From: Eubacteriales bacterium
Lineage (GTDB): Bacteria; Bacillota; Clostridia; Oscillospirales; CAG-272
Reading direction: 5' to 3'
Assembly: GCA_045533755.1 (NCBI GenBank)
Contig: JAZSIJ010000005.1
Location: 1 to 40,020 of the forward strand
DNA length: 40,020 bases
A program made the translations under genes and the position numbers. The notes under the pieces are model-generated. The model had not been told where the DNA came from, did no database searches, and was given only the letters and a program-made list of their open reading frames with translations. This document shows positions 35,977 to 40,020 of the stretch, piece by piece; position 1 is the first letter of the stretch; each line of letters starts with the position of its first letter.

Positions 35977-35992
35977 TGTTTAACTCCTTGGT

Positions 35993-36931
35993 TCAATGTG
36001 ATTTGGGGATTAAAAGCTTGTACAGCGTATAAGCGTAACAGATCATAAGCATTTTCATCCTGTCCTTTTTCGTGAAGCCTATGTGTCCTTTCGCGTATTT
36101 CAAGCTTAAGCGCAACGTTTTTCTCGCCCGTTCTTCAACGTCGCGAAAAACAGTTCTTGCGCGAAGCATTTTTGATATTGCGTTGAGCGCCCAACGAATT
36201 CTCTCGGTGCGTAAAAAATCCAGCACTTCGGGTGCGCTGAGGTGTATTTCTGCGAAATCGAGCATATCGCAGTGATCGCTGAGATATCTGGCGTCCGACA
36301 GGTTGTGAGTCGCGCTTGAGGGATTGTCGGTGTAGTAGTATTTTACGCCGTCGGTCAGAACAGTCTTTCTCGCCCTCTTCATAGCCTCAAGGCAGAAGAG
36401 AACGTCCTCGCCGACTTTATACCTCTCGCTGAAGCGAACGCCGTCGAGAATCGCCCGCCTGAAGAGCTTGCAGCAGGCGCCGCCGAAAAGGTATATACCA
36501 GCCTCGCGCGAGACCGAAAGTCCCTCGATAACGACGGGGGAAGGGGGACTGCATAGCACGAGACTGTCGCCGTAGAGGCTCGCACATTGTACGATATCCG
36601 CATCGGCATCAAGAAGAGTATTAAGCATATATTCGTAGGCGTCGGGTGCTACGCGATCGTCCGCGTCGAGAAAGGCAACGTAATCTCCGCGGGCTGCATC
36701 AAGAGCGGCGTTTCTTGCCGAGCTGACACCGCCGTTTTGCTTGCTGATGAGTCTTACGCGTTCGTCCTGTGCGACATATTCGGATATTATCTGTTCGGTG
36801 GAGTCCGTGGAGCCGTCGTTAACTGCGATAAGCTCGAGCGAATCGTGGGTGCTTGAGAGAACGCTCTCTATTGCGGCGGGGAGTGTCGTCTCGGCGTTGT
36901 ACGCCGGAATAATTACCGATATAAGCGGCAT
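35993..36931 (-). CDS. Family 2 glycosyltransferase
   Basis: MPLISVIIPAYNAETTL...LIAVNDGSTDST...FLDADD. ATG 36931 follows GGAGGGAG. The ORF-track start at 36970 is about 9 nt from the predicted TSS and has no RBS. Confidence 0.85.
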   Translation of the reverse strand: MPLISVIIPAYNAETTLPAAIESVLSSTHDSLELIAVNDGSTDSTEQIISEYVAQDERVRLISKQNGGVSSARNAALDAARGDYVAFLDADDRVAPDAYEYMLNTLLDADADIVQCASLYGDSLVLCSPPSPVVIEGLSVSREAGIYLFGGACCKLFRRAILDGVRFSERYKVGEDVLFCLEAMKRARKTVLTDGVKYYYTDNPSSATHNLSDARYLSDHCDMLDFAEIHLSAPEVLDFLRTERIRWALNAISKMLRARTVFRDVEERARKTLRLSLKYAKGHIGFTKKDRMKMLMICYAYTLYKLLIPKSH

Positions 36932-36985
36932 AACAGTGTTCTCCCTCCGTAAATTCCATGAATGTAACATACCATATTCTTATTC

Positions 36986-37014
36986 ATTTTATCATACACC
37001 GCAATATTTGTCAA
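36986..37014 (-). promoter_or_regulatory. Candidate promoter of the minus-strand GT/exporter operon
   Basis: The minus strand reads TTGACA (37014..37009), a 17-nt spacer ending in TGa, then TAAAAT (36991..36986). Confidence 0.65.
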
Positions 37015-37100
37015 TACTCACATCTCCTATGCTTAGTTTAAAAAAATCAAACGAAAATGATAATATTTTCAAAAATGGCAATATTATTTTTGCAAACCTA

Positions 37101-37129
37101 TTGACAAAATCGCTTTTCGGTGATAAAAT
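37101..37129 (+). promoter_or_regulatory. Candidate rpsL (str operon) promoter
   Basis: TTGACA (37101..37106), 17-nt spacer ending in TGa, TAAAAT (37124..37129), about 100 nt upstream of rpsL. Confidence 0.65.
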
Positions 37130-37237
37130 AGGTTGTAATGTGCCGAAATGGGCGAGTTATGCCCTTTTGACCATATTGCCCGTTCAAACTTGCGTCTGCA
37201 AGGGCGAATAAATAATTTTGAAAGAAGGAGGAAAATT

Positions 37238-37651
37238 ATGCCAACCTTTAACCAGCTCGTTAAAAAAGGTCGCTCCGACAAGACTTACAAGTCTAAGACC
37301 CCCGCGCTTCAGAAGGGCTTCAACGCTCTCAAGCGCACGGATACCGATCTTAGCGCGCCGCAGAAGAGAGGCGTTTGCACCAAGGTTACTACGACGACCC
37401 CCAAGAAGCCTAACTCGGCTCTTCGTAAGATCGCCAGAGTAAGACTTACCAACGGTATGGAAGCTACCTGCTACATTCCCGGTATCGGTCACAACCTTCA
37501 GGAGCACTCGGTCGTTCTTATCCGTGGCGGACGTGTTCGTGACCTGCCCGGTGTACGTTACCACATCATTCGCGGTACGCTTGATACCCAGGGCGTTGCT
37601 AACCGTAAGCAGGGCCGCTCCAAGTACGGAGCAAAGCGTCCGAAGGCTTAA
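37238..37651 (+). CDS. rpsL: 30S ribosomal protein S12
   Basis: [12 protein letters not shown]... is the canonical S12 sequence. AAGGAGG at 37224..37230. The 30-codon upstream extension in the ORF track is an artefact. Confidence 0.97.
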   Translation: MPTFNQLVKKGRSDKTYKSKTPALQKGFNALKRTDTDLSAPQKRGVCTKVTTTTPKKPNSALRKIARVRLTNGMEATCYIPGIGHNLQEHSVVLIRGGRVRDLPGVRYHIIRGTLDTQGVANRKQGRSKYGAKRPKA

Positions 37652-37816
37652 TAAGGTACGCCTTCAGACTAAATGTGCTCACGTGCTGTGATGTTAAAGT
37701 TGTTTAGATTTTCCTAAACCCATCTATATTACAAAACGAGCACTTACGATGGCATTCCGTAAGAATGCATTTTCGAGTACCTATGATATCATAATCTAAT
37801 GAAGGAGGGAAGTACA

Positions 37817-38287
37817 GTGCCTAGAAGAGGTCAAATTTCCAAAAGAGACGTATTGCCTGATCCGCTCTACAATTCCAAGCTTGTAACTAAGCTTGTCAAT
37901 AACATTATGTACGACGGTAAGAAGGGCGTTGCTCAGAAGATCGTTTACGACGCGTTCGCAATGATCGAGGCTAAGAGCGGCGAGAACGCACTTGACGTTT
38001 TCGTTGCAGCTCTTGAGAACGTAATGCCTGTTCTTGAGGTTAAGGCTCGCCGTGTAGGCGGTTCTAACTATCAGGTTCCTATGGAGGTTCGTCCCGAGCG
38101 TAGACAGACGCTTGGTCTCCGTTGGATAATAGCTTATTCCAGAGCTCGTGGTGAAAACACCATGGCTGAAAGACTCGCCAACGAAATCATGGACGCGAAA
38201 GCGGGCATGGGCGGAGCTTTCAAGAAGAAGGAAGACACTCACAAGATGGCAGAAGCAAACAAGGCTTTTGCACACTACAGATTCTAA
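37817..38287 (+). CDS. rpsG: 30S ribosomal protein S7
   Basis: GTG 37817 gives (M)[19 protein letters not shown], the canonical S7 N-terminus. GAAGGAGGG at 37801..37809. Confidence 0.97.
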   Translation: MPRRGQISKRDVLPDPLYNSKLVTKLVNNIMYDGKKGVAQKIVYDAFAMIEAKSGENALDVFVAALENVMPVLEVKARRVGGSNYQVPMEVRPERRQTLGLRWIIAYSRARGENTMAERLANEIMDAKAGMGGAFKKKEDTHKMAEANKAFAHYRF

Positions 38288-38312
38288 TCGATATAATTAA
38301 GGAGAGATTTCA

Positions 38313-40020
38313 ATGCCTAGAGAATATTCGCTTGAACATACCAGAAATATTGGTATAATGGCACACATCGACGCTGGTAAGACTACCACCACCGAGAGAA
38401 TCCTTTTTTATACCGGTAAAACTCACCGTATGGGCGAGACCCACGACGGTGGCGCAACGATGGACTGGATGGCACAGGAGCAGGAGCGCGGTATAACCAT
38501 TACCTCTGCTGCTACTACTTGCTATTGGGTTCCCACCGAGTATCAGAACGATGCTGAGGCTGCTAAGGCTAACAAGTACAGAATCAACATCATCGATACC
38601 CCCGGCCACGTTGACTTTACAGTCGAGGTTCAGAGATCGCTCAGAGTCCTCGACGGTTCGGTAACGGTTCTTTGTGCAAAGGGTGGCGTTGAGCCCCAGA
38701 CCGAGACCGTTTGGAACCAGGCTAACGAGTATAAGGTTCCCAGAATGTGCTACATCAACAAGATGGACATTATGGGTGCGGATTTCTTCCGCGTCGTCAA
38801 GATGATTAAGGACAGGCTTCGCGCGAACGCAGTTCCCGTGCAGCTTCCCATCGGCGCAGAGAGCTCCTTCCGCGGTATCATCGACCTCATGGAGATGAAG
38901 GCTGACGTTTATTACGACGACCTTGGTAAAGACATGAGAGTCGAGGAGATTCCCGACGATATGAAGGAGATGGCAGAGGAGTACCGTAAGAATATGGTTG
39001 AGTCCATTTGCGAGACCGACGAGGCTCTTATGGAACGCTATATTATGGAAGAGGAAATTTCCGTTGAGGAACTCAGAGCCGCTCTTCGCCGCGCTACCAT
39101 TGCAAACGACATTATCCCCGTTTGCTGCGGTACTTCTTATAAGAACAAGGGAGTTCAGAAGCTTCTCGATAACATTATCGAGTATATGCCCGCTCCCACA
39201 GACATTGAGGCAATTAAGGGTGTTAATCCCGACACCGGCGATGAGGATTGTCGTCACGCAAGTGATGACGAGCCCTTCTCGGCTCTTGCCTTCAAGATCA
39301 TGACCGACCCCTTCGTTGGTAAGCTCTGCTTCTTCAGAGTTTACTCGGGCCCCGTCCAGAAGGGCACTGCGGTCTACAACTCCACCAAGGATTCCGACGA
39401 GAGATTCGGACGTATTCTCCAGATGCACGCAAACGAGAGATCTGATATCGACGTTTGCTACGCAGGTGACATTGCCGCTGTCGTAGGTGTCAAGAACACC
39501 ACCACCGGTGATACCTTCTGCGACGAGAAGCATCCTATCATACTTGAGTCGATGGTATTCCCCGAGCCCGTTATCCGTCAGGCTATCGAGCCAAAGACGA
39601 AGGCAGGTCAGGAAAAGATGGGTATAGCTCTTGCAAAGCTTGCAGAGGAAGACCCCACATTCAGAACCTACACCGACGATGAAACAGGTCAGACCATCAT
39701 CGCAGGTATGGGTGAGCTTCACCTAGAAATTATCGTTGACAGACTTCTTCGTGAGTTTAAGGTTGAGGCTAACATCGGCGCACCTCAGGTTGCTTATAAG
39801 GAAACCGTTAAGAGCACAGCCGATGTTGATATGAAGTACGCTCGTCAGTCCGGTGGTAAGGGTCAGTACGGTCATGTTAAGATCATACTCGAGCCCAACG
39901 AGCCCGGTGCAGGCTACACCTTTGAGAACAAGATCGTCGGCGGTGCTATTCCCAAGGAATACATTCCCGCAGTTGACGCAGGTATTCAGGGTGCTATGCA
40001 GAGCGGTGTACTTGCAGGCT
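38313..40020 (+). CDS. fusA: Elongation factor G (3' end outside the window)
   Basis: [35 protein letters not shown]..., [12 protein letters not shown]. The frame is open to the window edge. It is absent from the ORF track because no stop is reached. Confidence 0.97.
   Translation, partial: MPREYSLEHTRNIGIMAHIDAGKTTTTERILFYTGKTHRMGETHDGGATMDWMAQEQERGITITSAATTCYWVPTEYQNDAEAAKANKYRINIIDTPGHVDFTVEVQRSLRVLDGSVTVLCAKGGVEPQTETVWNQANEYKVPRMCYINKMDIMGADFFRVVKMIKDRLRANAVPVQLPIGAESSFRGIIDLMEMKADVYYDDLGKDMRVEEIPDDMKEMAEEYRKNMVESICETDEALMERYIMEEEISVEELRAALRRATIANDIIPVCCGTSYKNKGVQKLLDNIIEYMPAPTDIEAIKGVNPDTGDEDCRHASDDEPFSALAFKIMTDPFVGKLCFFRVYSGPVQKGTAVYNSTKDSDERFGRILQMHANERSDIDVCYAGDIAAVVGVKNTTTGDTFCDEKHPIILESMVFPEPVIRQAIEPKTKAGQEKMGIALAKLAEEDPTFRTYTDDETGQTIIAGMGELHLEIIVDRLLREFKVEANIGAPQVAYKETVKSTADVDMKYARQSGGKGQYGHVKIILEPNEPGAGYTFENKIVGGAIPKEYIPAVDAGIQGAMQSGVLAG

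Noticed and set aside
37148-37237. N-terminal extensions in the ORF track
   Set aside because: The affected entries are rpsL 37148, rpsG 37799, pheS 25203, rimM 18567, uvrC 22316, rsmD 24075, CPBP 16220, GT2 36970 and the GT4-like gene 17552. In each case a downstream start preceded by a good SD reproduces the canonical family N-terminus. The extensions run through promoters, terminators or upstream genes.
37673-37717. 14-codon ORF inside the rpsL-rpsG spacer
   Set aside because: It has no SD and overlaps the predicted helices, so it is more likely non-coding structured RNA.
38500-38590. About 15-aa insertion in the EF-G G domain ([24 protein letters not shown])
   Set aside because: Insertions of variable length at this loop are common among EF-G orthologues (E. 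coli also has one), so this is not a sign of a paralogue or anomaly.
38310-39722. 470-aa ORF on the minus strand
   Set aside because: It lies entirely antisense to fusA, whose plus-strand translation is unmistakable EF-G. The antisense product is low-complexity (Leu/Val/Gly/Asn-rich), with no motifs and no RBS or promoter. This is a typical stop-poor antisense frame of a highly biased gene.
1-40020. Search for tRNA/rRNA genes, CRISPR arrays, IS elements, integrases, prophage or known defence genes
   Set aside because: None were seen. All intergenic regions are under 350 nt and are explained by promoters, terminators and leaders. No direct-repeat/spacer arrays, terminal inverted repeats or transposase-like ORFs were found.

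Overview
The window looks like a core chromosomal segment of a moderate-GC Firmicute. By gene content and codon style it is probably a Clostridia / Oscillospiraceae-like organism, but that guess is weak. All calls come from reading the translations and intergenic DNA by eye; no alignments, HMM searches or RNA folds were run.

Gene order, left to right:
- 3' end of a repeat-containing surface protein
- cls
- mgtC (- strand) divergent from an HD phosphohydrolase
- PhoP/PhoR-like two-component pair
- Na/Pi-cotransporter-PhoU fusion
- feoAB
- an unknown gene and an AraC regulator (- strand) divergent from rhaBA
- secG, a CPBP protease, tadA, a degenerate GT4-like gene, rimM-trmD, an O-antigen-ligase-family membrane protein, ptsH
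- uvrC-rsmD-coaD
- pheST
- an 8.3-kb glycosyltransferase/ABC-exporter block made of two convergent operons
- rpsL-rpsG-fusA (fusA runs off the window edge)

I found no rRNA or tRNA genes, CRISPR arrays, transposases, integrases, phage genes or recognisable defence genes.

The only accessory-looking region is the glycan block at 28716..37014. It has six GT catalytic domains, including a 1026-aa GT2-GT2-GT8 fusion, plus a Wzm/Wzt-type exporter. It lacks a priming enzyme, sugar-nucleotide genes and a ligase. This is my best candidate for something uncharacterised, but it belongs to a known class of system rather than a new one.

Smaller regulatory observations:
- a perfect consensus mgtC promoter buried in a palindrome, followed by phased repeats in the leader
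- a 165-nt structured rpsL-rpsG spacer
- a probably leaderless rimM
- pheST without room for a T-box
- a candidate operator at feoAB

Several ORF-track entries carry spurious N-terminal extensions, which I trimmed. Many long antisense ORFs were rejected.
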